Below the pieces are notes generated by a model that saw nothing but the letters and a program-made list of their open reading frames with translations, made no database searches and was not told the DNA's origin. Positions 22,886 through 32,341 of a stretch of DNA of 64,000 nt are shown one piece after another. The DNA comes from an uncultured Acidobacteriota bacterium (GTDB lineage: Bacteria > Acidobacteriota > UBA6911), in NCBI GenBank assembly GCA_963843575.1, contig CAWJKZ010000015.1:96001-160000 (forward strand). The letters are read 5' to 3'. Each line of letters opens with the position of its first letter. Position 1 is the first letter of the stretch. A program made the translations under genes and the position numbers.

Positions 22886-23433
22886 GCCAGGTCCTCGCGG
22901 AGGGCCGCCTGCTGATCCGGGGTGAGACGGGTCTCGCTTTCGAGCCCCGGCAGGTCGATTCCCACCGCGGCCGGAACGCGGCCCCCCACCGGGAAGCGGA
23001 CGTACTGGACGGAGGAAAGTCGGCCGCCTTCGTGCTGCCGCCCGTCGAACCTGCCACGCACGCGGCTTCCGTCCTCGAGCGCCGCGTAGATGTGGGCGGG
23101 CAGGTCGATCCAGTCGCGCAGCTTGGAGGGACGCTCGGCGGCGTCCTCTATCTCGATCAGGAGTGTCGCCCCGAGTTCCCCGTCCTCTCCCAGCAGCTCG
23201 TTGTAGGTGGCCAGCTCGTGCAGGATCTCACGCTCGCGGACGATACGCTCGGCCCGCATCATTTCCTGCACCTGGTAGCGGACGGTGAGCCGGTTTTCGA
23301 ACAGGAACGTGAAGTGGGCACCGACGTGAACCCTGCGGCGCTCCTTTTCCCGCAGCACCTGGGCTCGGAAGGCGTCGCGCGTCTCCTCGTAGGTCTGGTA
23401 ATCGACGATTTGGCTCCGTTGGACGGCGTTCAT
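22882..23433 (-). CDS. DUF3501 family protein
   Basis: FLFENR.TVRYQVQEMMRAER, ELGATLLIE, SSVQYV; position in the rubrerythrin operon. Confidence 0.92.
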   Translation of the reverse strand: MNAVQRSQIVDYQTYEETRDAFRAQVLREKERRRVHVGAHFTFLFENRLTVRYQVQEMMRAERIVREREILHELATYNELLGEDGELGATLLIEIEDAAERPSKLRDWIDLPAHIYAALEDGSRVRGRFDGRQHEGGRLSSVQYVRFPVGGRVPAAVGIDLPGLESETRLTPDQQAALREDLA

Positions 23434-24797
23434 GACTGTGTCCCTCCCAGGGCAGGCGGAAGTTTGCGTTCGAAGCCGTCCTCGCGATAAGCGCGAGCGA
23501 GGATGGACATCGGGTGCATTGGCTTGACCCCGGCGTGCTGCTGGAACTGCAGCGCCGCCAGCGGGCAGTCCGTGGACCAAAGGTCCGCCTTGGCCTCCTT
23601 CATCCCGTCGAACGCCCGTTTCCCGATGCGCTGCGACGGGCCGAAGCCGTCGACCGTCATGGCGTACGTGCCGTTGTGGCCGCAGCACTCCTGCACGAGC
23701 ACGGGTTTTACCCCCGGTATCTTGCGCAGCAGGTCCCGCGCGCGGAATCCGACTGCCTGCGCGCGCAGGTGGCAGGGCGTGTGATAGGCGACGGGCCCCG
23801 CGGGTGCGCTCTTGAAGTTGGTGTTAAACCGCGGCTGGTCGCGAATGGACCAGAGGTACTCGCTCGGGTCCATGGTGGCGGCCGCGAGTTTCGCGGCTGC
23901 GTCGCGCAGTTGCGGCGCGACCAGCTCGGGGTATTCGCGCCGGAACATCATCGAACAGGTGGGATTGATGACGATGACCTTGGCCCCTTTCTCCACGAAC
24001 GGGAGGAGGCGCCGGATGTTGTCCCGCGCCTGGGCCTGGAGCGATCCGAGGTCGCCCTTTTCCCAGGCGGGCATGCCGCAGCAACGCAGGCCGGCGACGC
24101 ACCGGACGTCGACGCCGTTCTGCTCGAGCACGGAGATCGTGTCTCGCCCGATCTCCGGCTCGTTGTGCTGAACGAAGCAGGTCTGGAAGAGCACGGCCTC
24201 GCATCCCCCCCCGGGTGCCGCCATCCGACCGGTCTTCTCGGCCCAGCGCTCGAACGTGCTGGAGGCGAAATCGGGGAGCAGCTTGTGCCGGTGGATGCCG
24301 ATGGCCTTCTCCATCAGCCAGCGGTTCAGGGGAATGCGGTTGGCGACGTTGGCCAGCCCGAAGCTGGCACGGGCGAACCGTGCCGTCGCGTCCGGGTCCG
24401 CCAGCACGCGGTCGCGCAACTTCACCCCCTCGGCTCGCGCCCGCACGGCGCGGTGCCGGTGGACCAGTTTGGGGAAATCGAGCTGGTAGGGGTGCCGGTC
24501 ACGGGGTGTGTAGGGGCAGTTGACCTCGCACAGCTTGCATTGGAAACAGGTGTCGAAGACCTTCCGCGTCTCCGCAGCGCTGATTTTGCGCACGTCTCCG
24601 TCGTGTTGGTTGTCTATGAGGGAAAAAAGATCGGGAAAAGTATCGCAGAACTTGAAACAAAGCCTGCAGCCGTGACAGACCTCGAAGACGCGCCGAATTT
24701 CCTTGTCGAGCGCGGCTGGGTCCCAGTATTTCTCTTCCGTGGGATCGTACGAGAGCCCGTCCGTCGGCTGGTATGAGATATTTCCGCCTTCGGCCAT
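23430..24797 (-). CDS. Fe-S oxidoreductase (GlpC/CCG-domain; rubrerythrin-associated)
   Basis: [34 protein letters not shown]. Confidence 0.92.
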   Translation of the reverse strand: MAEGGNISYQPTDGLSYDPTEEKYWDPAALDKEIRRVFEVCHGCRLCFKFCDTFPDLFSLIDNQHDGDVRKISAAETRKVFDTCFQCKLCEVNCPYTPRDRHPYQLDFPKLVHRHRAVRARAEGVKLRDRVLADPDATARFARASFGLANVANRIPLNRWLMEKAIGIHRHKLLPDFASSTFERWAEKTGRMAAPGGGCEAVLFQTCFVQHNEPEIGRDTISVLEQNGVDVRCVAGLRCCGMPAWEKGDLGSLQAQARDNIRRLLPFVEKGAKVIVINPTCSMMFRREYPELVAPQLRDAAAKLAAATMDPSEYLWSIRDQPRFNTNFKSAPAGPVAYHTPCHLRAQAVGFRARDLLRKIPGVKPVLVQECCGHNGTYAMTVDGFGPSQRIGKRAFDGMKEAKADLWSTDCPLAALQFQQHAGVKPMHPMSILARAYREDGFERKLPPALGGTQS

Positions 24798-24866
24798 CGG
24801 ACCTCCTTGTGGTGAGCCGTATCCAGGGGGATGGGGGCGCGGTCGTCGCGCCCCCCCTCGGGTTGA

Positions 24867-25286
24867 TCAGCTGATGCTCTGCAGCATGTGGGAAAACCTG
24901 CCGGCGTGCGATTTTTCCGCCTTGGCCAGCGTTTCGAACCAGTCCGCGATCTCGGCGAAGCCCTCCGCCCGGGCCGTTTTCGCCATCCCGGGGTACATGT
25001 CGGTGTATTCGTGGGTCTCGCCCTCGATGGCCGCCTTCAGGTTGTCCTCGGTGCCGCCCATAGGCAGGCCGGTCGCGGGGTCGCCCACCTTGCGCAGGTA
25101 GTCCAGGTGGCCGTGGGCGTGGCCCGTTTCGCCTTCGGCGGTCTCGCGAAAATTGCCGGCGACCTCGGGGTAGCCCTCGACGTCGGCGATCTTGGCGAAA
25201 TAGAGGTAGCGGCGGTTCGCCTGCGACTCGCCGGCGAACGCGGCCTTGAGGTTCTCGTGGGTCTTGGTGTTTTTCAGTTCAGCCAT
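24867..25286 (-). CDS. rbr: Rubrerythrin (short type, no rubredoxin domain)
   Basis: [34 protein letters not shown]. Confidence 0.95.
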   Translation of the reverse strand: MAELKNTKTHENLKAAFAGESQANRRYLYFAKIADVEGYPEVAGNFRETAEGETGHAHGHLDYLRKVGDPATGLPMGGTEDNLKAAIEGETHEYTDMYPGMAKTARAEGFAEIADWFETLAKAEKSHAGRFSHMLQSIS

Positions 25287-25341
25287 GATGTTTCTCTCCG
25301 TGGTTGTGGGGAGACCTGCTCCCCGGGTTGTATCCTCGGGC

Positions 25342-25803
25342 TCAGCGACTGCGCCCGCTTCTTCGCAAGCCGCGCCGGCACGACTCGCATATCCCGAGAA
25401 TGCGGATGTCGAGTTCCTCGGCCTGAAATCCTCCGGGCAAGGTCCGGGGCAGCCCGACCCGCGACAGCGCCGCGTCCTCCAGGTCGCTCATCGTCCCGCA
25501 TTTCCTGCAGACGGCGTGCTGGTGGGGGGAGACGTTGGCGTCGAAGCGGCTTACGCTGTCGGTGGTGCTGACGCGGCGCACCAGCCCCTCGCGCTCCAGC
25601 GCGTCGAGAATGCGGTAGACCGTCGCCAGCGAGAGCGACGACATGCCGTCGCGGAGACGGTCGTGCACCGACTCGGCCGTGGGATGGCTCGTGTCGCGCG
25701 CGAGGGCCCGGTAGACCGCCAGGCGCTGTGGCGTCACCCGCATCCCCTGGGCGCGACAGCGCTCGATGAAGTGCTCGTGCTCGGACATCGCTGAATCCTT
25801 CAT
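25342..25803 (-). CDS. Fur/PerR family regulator
   Basis: TPQRLAV, HPTAE, SLATVYRIL, HQHAVCRKC, GICESC; true start may be 25788. Confidence 0.93.
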   Translation of the reverse strand: MKDSAMSEHEHFIERCRAQGMRVTPQRLAVYRALARDTSHPTAESVHDRLRDGMSSLSLATVYRILDALEREGLVRRVSTTDSVSRFDANVSPHQHAVCRKCGTMSDLEDAALSRVGLPRTLPGGFQAEELDIRILGICESCRRGLRRSGRSR

Positions 25804-25825
25804 AGCAATTAACTACAGGTGCGAA

Positions 25826-25854
25826 AGATTACCAGAAACAGAAGCCGGAAGCAA
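25826..25854 (-). promoter_or_regulatory. Putative sigma70 promoter of the perR-rbr operon
   Basis: Minus strand TTGCTT-N17-TAATCT with TG extension; quasi-palindrome TAGCAATTAACTA (25803-25815) downstream may be the operator. Confidence 0.5.
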
Positions 25855-25944
25855 GAAGCCGGAAGCCAAAACTGCGATTCAGACACTGGGGATCCTGCAA
25901 ACTTCCTGGAACGCGGATTCTCGCGGATTTGCGTTGTAGCTCGG

Positions 25945-25992
25945 CTTAGGGTTCGCGCCAAAATGTGAACTCATTCTTGTGCGAACTCTAAG
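25945..25992. repeat. 48-bp mini-element (family D)
   Basis: CTTAGGGTTCGCGC...GTGCGAACTCTAAG; inverted copy at 40764-40811. Confidence 0.75.
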
Positions 25993-26010
25993 TTTGCTTT
26001 GATCCGTGTG

Positions 26011-26190
26011 CAAAGCTCGACGGGGCGCTCTGGATGTGGTTCTCCGGGGTGGGCTGGCGGCAAACGCTCTCGTGCCAGGCCGGACCCGCGCTCCGAGCTC
26101 CAGTGCGCTTGCCGCAAGCCCACCCCGGAGAACCAACCGGCGCTTTGCGCCGGCCGCCGTGCGGCATCCAGGGCGCCCCGTCGAGCTTTG
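26011..26190. repeat. Long nested inverted repeat
   Basis: CAAAGCTCGACGGGGCGC/GCGCCCCGTCGAGCTTTG outer arms; GGTTCTCCGGGGTGGGCT/AGCCCACCCCGGAGAACC inner arms. Confidence 0.85.
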
Positions 26191-26260
26191 CCGGCGTTCG
26201 TCCGCGTTCGAGGGATTTTGAGTCGCCTGCGCACTGTTTGAATCGCAGAAGCCAAAAGCA

Positions 26261-27191
26261 CTAGAGGCGGGCGAGGGTGACCTGGGGGAGGAGGTGCTCG
26301 ACGTCGGTGAGGACGATGGTGCCGGAGGTCTCGGTCAGGGCGTTGGCGGCTCCGCAGGCCACCGCGAGGCGGGCGGCTTCCGGGAACGGTGTGCCGCGCA
26401 CGATGCCGGCGGCGAATCCGGCCGCGGCCGCGTCTCCGGAGCCGATCGGGTTGACGGCCTCGATGCGTGGCGCCGCCGCGCGCCAGCAGCGGGAGCCGTC
26501 GGATACGGCGATGCCGGCGGCGCCCAGGGTCACGCAGCCCCACCGCGCGCCGGCCTCGACCAGCAGGCGCAGGGCCGACCGCAGCGCCTCGTCGGTGTCG
26601 GCCGGCGCGTGGGTCAGTTCCTGCAGCTCCAGGCGGTTGGGCTTGACGACCCAGGGGCCAGCCGGGAGGGCCAGGCTCAGCGGCTCCCGGGACGCGTCGA
26701 GCACGACGGGGACGGCGGCGCGCTGCGCGAGCTCCACGCAGTCGCGGTAAAACGCCGGGCGAGCCGCCGGGGGCGAGGGAGCCCGAGAGGACGAGGGCCC
26801 GCGCGCCGGGGAGCAGCCTCGAGAGTTTTGCGGCGAGCGCTTCCCAGGCCTCTGCTGCGACGGGCCGCGGCTCCTCGACCAGTTCGGTGGCCGTGCCGCT
26901 GCCTCGGTCGAGCAGGGTCGTGCAGGTGCGGGTCGTCGCGGTGGTGGTGACGAAATCGTGCGCGATCCCCGCCCGGTCGAGTTCCGCCCTCAAAAAGTCC
27001 GAAACCGGGCCGCCGACGAAGCCGAGGGCGAGGGCGTCCTCGCCGAGCGAGTGCAGGACGCGGGCCACGTTGATCGACTTGCCCGAGGCGGTCTCGCGCA
27101 ACTCGACGACGCGGTTGACGGCGTCGACAGTCAGCCGAGGGAAGACCATCGTCCTTTGCAGGGCCGGCGTCGTGCCGAGGCAAATGATCAT
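26261..27191 (-). CDS. 1-phosphofructokinase/tagatose-6P kinase family (PfkB), +1 frameshift near 26765
   Basis: SGKSINVARVL, LSGSL, then in the other frame KPNRLEL and NPIGSGD. Confidence 0.88.
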
Positions 27192-27224
27192 TCCGGGCTA
27201 TTCCCCGATTCGGGTGTCGACATA

Positions 27225-27989
27225 TTACTGCGCCGCGGGCTTGGCGAACTTCGACTCATCGATCTCGACGTTGTGCTTGACCTCGTCGAGCTTGATCGTG
27301 ATTTCCATACCGGGCAGGACCTGCCGCAGCCCGAAGGGAAGCTTCACGCCGTCGACCTCCCGGTAGTCCAGGAAGAACATCTGCAGCTCGACGCTCCCCT
27401 GCGGGCTCTCGCGCTGCACGTCCTGGCGGAGGAGCAGGCCGTTATCGACGTCGAAATACCACTTTTCCACCGTGCCCGAGGCGGGCTCGGCCTCGATGAG
27501 CCACGCGTCCCGCTCGCCGACCTTCTGCCTGCCCTTCACGGTTCGAGCCGGGTAGAGCTCTTTCAGGTGCAGGGGCCGGTAGAAATCCAAGTCGAGCTTC
27601 TTGGCCTCCAGTTCGGCGCCGGCGAGGTCGCGCACGCCGGCCTGGGGCATTTGATCCCAACCGTTCGTGCCGTCGAACCCTTGCCGGATGACCCCGAATT
27701 TCGGCACGTCCAAGACCATGACCGCTTTCCCCGGGGCCTTGACCAGCATGAGGATGGTGCCGCTTGAGCCGAGGGCGGGGACCTCGAAAGTCCCCTTCGA
27801 CTCGCGGCTGGTCAGTTTCTCCAGCGCGGTCCTGCCCCCTATGCTTTCGACGTACTTGTCGAGTATCTGTTCGGATGCCGGGAGCGCCGGGGTAGCTTCC
27901 TCGGCCTTGATTTCTGGTTTCGGCTGGGGTTCCTGGGCCGCCAGCGGGACGGCTCCAAGGAGGAGCATGAGCAACACCTGGTCTTTCAT
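27225..27989 (-). CDS. Secreted LolA-like/DUF620-like protein
   Basis: Signal peptide; ILDKYVESIGG, GFDGTNGW, DYREVDGVKLPF. Confidence 0.75.
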   Translation of the reverse strand: MKDQVLLMLLLGAVPLAAQEPQPKPEIKAEEATPALPASEQILDKYVESIGGRTALEKLTSRESKGTFEVPALGSSGTILMLVKAPGKAVMVLDVPKFGVIRQGFDGTNGWDQMPQAGVRDLAGAELEAKKLDLDFYRPLHLKELYPARTVKGRQKVGERDAWLIEAEPASGTVEKWYFDVDNGLLLRQDVQRESPQGSVELQMFFLDYREVDGVKLPFGLRQVLPGMEITIKLDEVKHNVEIDESKFAKPAAQ

Positions 27990-28141
27990 GCGAAATTCCT
28001 TTCTCTCCCGGGTGGGGCCAAGGCGTTCCATCCCTGTCGGAACGCGACCATCATAGCGTAACGGCCTTGCTGCGGGCGTGGTAATATTCCACTCCCGCAG
28101 CAGATCCGGAAGCGACATCGACGAGTGGGGAAGGGGGCGAA

Positions 28142-28945
28142 TTGAGCAAGGCAGTCAAGCTCTGGGTTCTGGCGTTTGTGGTGACGGCGGCTTCGGCGGT
28201 GTATCAGAGGATCACCGGCCCAACCCACCCGGTCTCCGGGTACGTGACGCTTTCCGGGAGGCCGATCGCGTACAAGCTGGCCAGGAGCCACGGCGGCAAC
28301 ACCAACCAGCCCGTGTCGGTCGAGACCCGGGACCCGCAGATCAAGGGGGACCTGCTGTGGCGCAGGTATCGTGCCGGGGGAGAGTGGACGCGCGTCCCCA
28401 TGGAATTCCGCGACGGCTTCCTTTCGGGCGAACTGCCGTGGCAGCCACCGGCGGGGAAGCTGGAATACCGCGTGGAACTCACCGCCGCGGGGGAGCGGGC
28501 CGCGCTGCCCGAGGGGGGCCCCATCGTGACGCGTTTCAAGGGGGACGTGCCCGTTTCGGTCCTGGTCCTGCACATCATCACGATGTTCGGCGGGATGCTG
28601 CTGTCCACGCGGGCCGGCCTGGAGTTCCTGCAGCCGACCATCAACCTGCGCCGGCTCGCGCTGTGGACCATCGTGTTCCTGGCCATCGGCGGAGCCGTGC
28701 TCGGCCCGATCGTCCAGAAGTACGCCTTCGGAGCCTATTGGACCGGGTGGCCGTTCGGCACGGACTTGACCGACAACAAGACGGCGGTAGCGCTTGCCGG
28801 GTGGGTGGGGGCCTATTTTGCCCTGAACCGCTCACGGCGGCCGCGCCTCTGGGCCGCGCTCGCGGCAGTCCTGCTGCTGGCCGTGTTCCTGATCCCTCAC
28901 AGCCTGTTCGGGTCGGAGTTCGATTACGGACAGAAGGGGCCCTAA
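28142..28945 (+). CDS. Conserved hypothetical membrane protein
   Basis: YQRITGPT, QPPAGKLEY, QKYAFGAYWTGWPFGTDLTDNKT, IPHSLFGSE; about 5 TM helices. Confidence 0.8.
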   Translation: MSKAVKLWVLAFVVTAASAVYQRITGPTHPVSGYVTLSGRPIAYKLARSHGGNTNQPVSVETRDPQIKGDLLWRRYRAGGEWTRVPMEFRDGFLSGELPWQPPAGKLEYRVELTAAGERAALPEGGPIVTRFKGDVPVSVLVLHIITMFGGMLLSTRAGLEFLQPTINLRRLALWTIVFLAIGGAVLGPIVQKYAFGAYWTGWPFGTDLTDNKTAVALAGWVGAYFALNRSRRPRLWAALAAVLLLAVFLIPHSLFGSEFDYGQKGP

Positions 28946-29295
28946 GCACCCCAATTCGCAAGTACGCTCACGTATTCTTTGGATGGAGCTGGTCACCGAT
29001 TGACCACAGCAGAACGCGGATCTTCGCGGATTTTACGGATTCACGCGGATCGGCCGCGCCCGGCATTCCTCCCCGAGGGCCGGCGCTTCGCGCCGAGGCA
29101 TCAAAGCCCGGCTCCCGCAGGAAAGCGCGCGGTTGGAAGGATGCCGCTTCGATTCAAGGTCCACGTTTTCCTGCGGGAGCCGGGCTTTGATGCATGCCAA
29201 AGGGCAGCCCTCGGGGAGGAATGCCGGGCGCGGCCTGCCGCCGGGTCGATCCGTGGCGATCCGCGCGCATCCGCGTCCTGATAAATACATTGTTT
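28942..29295. mobile_element. MITE family C copy with nested palindromic insert
   Basis: Left end at the TAA stop of the upstream CDS; high similarity to 40563-40767; right end degenerate. Confidence 0.75.
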
Positions 29296-29319
29296 CCGTT
29301 CGGCTTGTCTGCGCTGCCG

Positions 29320-30633
29320 TCACATCATCCCGCGACGCGCGACCCCGTCCATGACTTCGCAGAAGCGGTCCAGCTCGGGAAGGGTCGTGTAGACGTTCGG
29401 GGTGATCCGGATCCCTCTGAACTCGTCGTGCACGATGGGAGTTGTGTATATCTTGTGTTTGTCCATCAGGTAGCCGACCAGCTTGACCGGGTCGGTTCCC
29501 TCGATCTCGACGTTGGCGATCCCGCAGGACTGCCGGTCGTCGAACGAGGTGTTGAAGCGCACGTTCGGCGCATCCTTCAAACGGTTCATCCAGTACCGGG
29601 CCAGATAACGGAGGCGCGCCTCCTTGCGTTGCGGTCCGATCCCGTCGTGGAAGAGTATGGCTTCCCCGATGGCCAGCCGCGGGGCGGCGGAATGGGTGCC
29701 CACCTCTTCGAACTTGCGGATGTCGGCGGCGTTTTTCCGCTCCGCCGCCATGAGCGGCCAGATTTTCGGGATGCGCTCGCGCTTTACGTACAGGAGCCCG
29801 GTGCCTTTGGGTGCATAAAGCCACTTGTGCAGGCTCGTGCCGAAGTAATCGCAACCCAGGTCGGCCTGTTTGAAATCGAAGTGGGCGAACGAGTGCGCGC
29901 CGTCGACGATGACCTCGATGCCCCGCGCGCGCGCCAGGTCGCAGATCGCTTTGACCGGCGTGATCTGTCCCGTGATATTCACGACGTGCGAGATCAGGAT
30001 GACGCGGGTCCGCGGCGTTATCCCGCGCGCGAACGCGTCGGTGATCTCGTCGAGGTCCTTGGGCGGCACCGGGATTTTGACCATCTTCAAGGCGATCCCC
30101 TCGCGGGCCTCGCGCTGCCTCAGGGTCGTGAGCATCCGGGGGTAGTCCTGGGTCGTCGTGAGGATCTCGTCGCCGGACTTGAGGTCCATACCCATGAGCA
30201 GGATCTCCAGCGACTCGGATGCGTTCCGGGTTATGGCGATCTCCTCCGGGTCGCAGCCGAACAGCCGGGCGAGGCCGCTTCGGACCGTCTCCGACTGGGG
30301 CTCGAGGATCTGCCACATGGTATAGGCGGTGACGTCCTCCTGTTCCCAGATGTAGCGGATGAGCGATTCGGTCACGATGCGGGGCGATGGGGAGACCCCC
30401 CCGTTGTTGAGGTTGGTGATGCCGCGCGTGACCGTGAAGGCGCGCTGAATGTCGAACCAGAAATCTTCGTCCAGCGCAGCCTGATCCGGGGCGAGATGCT
30501 CTACGCGGCGCGCCGCCGCGCGAATCTCGCCGAGCAATGAGGCGACCGTGGCGGAGGAGAGGGCTGCCAGCCCGATCCCCGTGCCCGCCATCGATAGGAA
30601 CTGCCTTCGACCGGATGCACCTGCTGCCGTCAT
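29320..30633 (-). CDS. Class V aminotransferase/PLP enzyme with Tat signal
   Basis: GRRQFLS Tat motif; NNGGVSP, DGAHS, SLHKW (PLP Lys). Confidence 0.9.
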   Translation of the reverse strand: MTAAGASGRRQFLSMAGTGIGLAALSSATVASLLGEIRAAARRVEHLAPDQAALDEDFWFDIQRAFTVTRGITNLNNGGVSPSPRIVTESLIRYIWEQEDVTAYTMWQILEPQSETVRSGLARLFGCDPEEIAITRNASESLEILLMGMDLKSGDEILTTTQDYPRMLTTLRQREAREGIALKMVKIPVPPKDLDEITDAFARGITPRTRVILISHVVNITGQITPVKAICDLARARGIEVIVDGAHSFAHFDFKQADLGCDYFGTSLHKWLYAPKGTGLLYVKRERIPKIWPLMAAERKNAADIRKFEEVGTHSAAPRLAIGEAILFHDGIGPQRKEARLRYLARYWMNRLKDAPNVRFNTSFDDRQSCGIANVEIEGTDPVKLVGYLMDKHKIYTTPIVHDEFRGIRITPNVYTTLPELDRFCEVMDGVARRGMM

Positions 30634-31188
30634 AGCGACCTCCGGGATTGGTTTGAGAATGCGTCATTGTAACGCGGGCTGGGGTTTTTTCGGATGCAGA
30701 TTGACGTGGATCGAGGAACGGCACCTGGTGACGGGCCGCAGCCGATCCGTCGAGTGTTGGAAGGAGGCCGGGGGTAAACTCCCGGCCCCCTGGTGGGCTA
30801 GTTCACCATTTACTCACGAGCGAAAGACCGGGGAGATGCGGACGATCCTGGAAGGAGCAAACCGCATACCATCCGGGCGCGCCCCGTCGGATCGACTCAA
30901 CTCACTCTAATGGTGTGAATTGCCTGGATCCGACCCGACAAGGCGATTCAGCAGGTGAATGTGGGTATTCGTAAAGTATTCCGACGCGCGAAGGGCCCGA
31001 GGCAGCAGCCGGCGGCTGTAATCTGTTTTGCACTAATACTTTGCAGGCCCGTAATCCCGCGCGACCAACCGCGCCGACACTGACGGAAGGTTTTACAGCA
31101 CCGGCGGCACGGGTTGCCCGCGATCGGGGCTACAAAATGATTGCATCGGATCGCGGAACCCTTTATCTTCAGAGAGCTACGAACCGTT

Positions 31189-32271
31189 ATGGAATTGGTG
31201 TGCCGGCATCGTCTGGGTTGGTCCTTGCTCTTTCTCGCGCTTCTTTGCGTGGTGCAGGGACTGGCGGCGAAGACCCGCAAGACGTCTCTCAAGCCATACG
31301 AGTTTGCACTTGCCCGCATGGGCACCATGTTTCGAATCGTGGCGTACGATTCGGAACAGTCCAGGGCAGCGAGTGCGGCGACGGCTGCGTTCGAGCGCAT
31401 CGAGGAGCTCGAGGCTGTCCTGAGCGATTATCGCGAGGACAGCGAGGTTACCAGCCTTTGTCGTGACGGGAACAATGCGCCCCGCGGGGTGAGTCCGGAA
31501 CTGTTCTCGGTGCTGGAGCAATCGCTCCGGATTTCGCGGCTGAGCGGGGGGGCTTTCGACGTCACGGTCGGCCCCGTCGTGCGGCTCTGGCGGGAGGCGC
31601 GCAGGAGCGGCCGCGTCCCGGACACCGACGCGCTGAAGAAGGCCCGCGCCGCCGTAGGATATGGCAACGTTGAGTTGAACCCGGATGCGCGGACCGTTTG
31701 GCTCAAGCTTCCGGGGATGCAGCTGGACTTCGGCGGGATCGGCAAGGGGTACGCCGCCGACCAGGCGCTGGCGCTGCTGCGCGAGCGGGGTATCGCGTGC
31801 GCGCTGGTGGATGCCGGAGGTGATTTGACGCTGGGTGCCTCGCCTCCGGGGACGCCGGGGTGGAGGATCGTGCTCCGCAACCCGGACACGGCGCGGGGTG
31901 CCGAGCCTGGCGTCATGTTCCTGCACGACGTGGGCGTCGCGACCTCCGGGGATGCCTTCCAGTATCTGGAGGTCGACGGGCGGCGCTACTCGCACATCGT
32001 CAATCCCGGAGACGGGATGGGGTTGCGGGGGTCGGCCGGTGTCACCGTGATTGCCCCGGATGGAACCACGGCCGACGCGCTGGCTACCGCGCTGAGCGTG
32101 ATGCCGGTCGCGGATGGTATGAGGTTAGTAGAATCGATGGAGGGGGTCTCCGCCGCTGTCGTGAGGCGAAGCGACGGCGTGTTGAGGCGCACCTCCTCGA
32201 AGCGGTTCCCGAAGGCGGCGGGCGTTCGACCCGCACTGCGCGAGAGCGCCACCGCCTCCGGGCGGCGCTGA
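31189..32271 (+). CDS. apbE: FAD:protein FMN transferase
   Basis: MGT, GAFDVTVGP, LDFGGIGKGYA, ATSG, YSHIVNP, ADALATA. Confidence 0.95.
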   Translation: MELVCRHRLGWSLLFLALLCVVQGLAAKTRKTSLKPYEFALARMGTMFRIVAYDSEQSRAASAATAAFERIEELEAVLSDYREDSEVTSLCRDGNNAPRGVSPELFSVLEQSLRISRLSGGAFDVTVGPVVRLWREARRSGRVPDTDALKKARAAVGYGNVELNPDARTVWLKLPGMQLDFGGIGKGYAADQALALLRERGIACALVDAGGDLTLGASPPGTPGWRIVLRNPDTARGAEPGVMFLHDVGVATSGDAFQYLEVDGRRYSHIVNPGDGMGLRGSAGVTVIAPDGTTADALATALSVMPVADGMRLVESMEGVSAAVVRRSDGVLRRTSSKRFPKAAGVRPALRESATASGRR

Positions 32272-32341
32272 TTACATATACGCTCACCGGCTCAGGGCGA
32301 ACGCGCGCTGCGCCCTCCGGCTTGAACACAGGTTGTCCCCG

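Noticed and set aside
30840-30882. SRP-like GGAAGGAGCA and c-di-GMP-I-like GCAAACC motifs
   Set aside because: The SRP CAGG/AGCAG internal loop and the riboswitch GNRA loop and CGCAAAG elements are missing.
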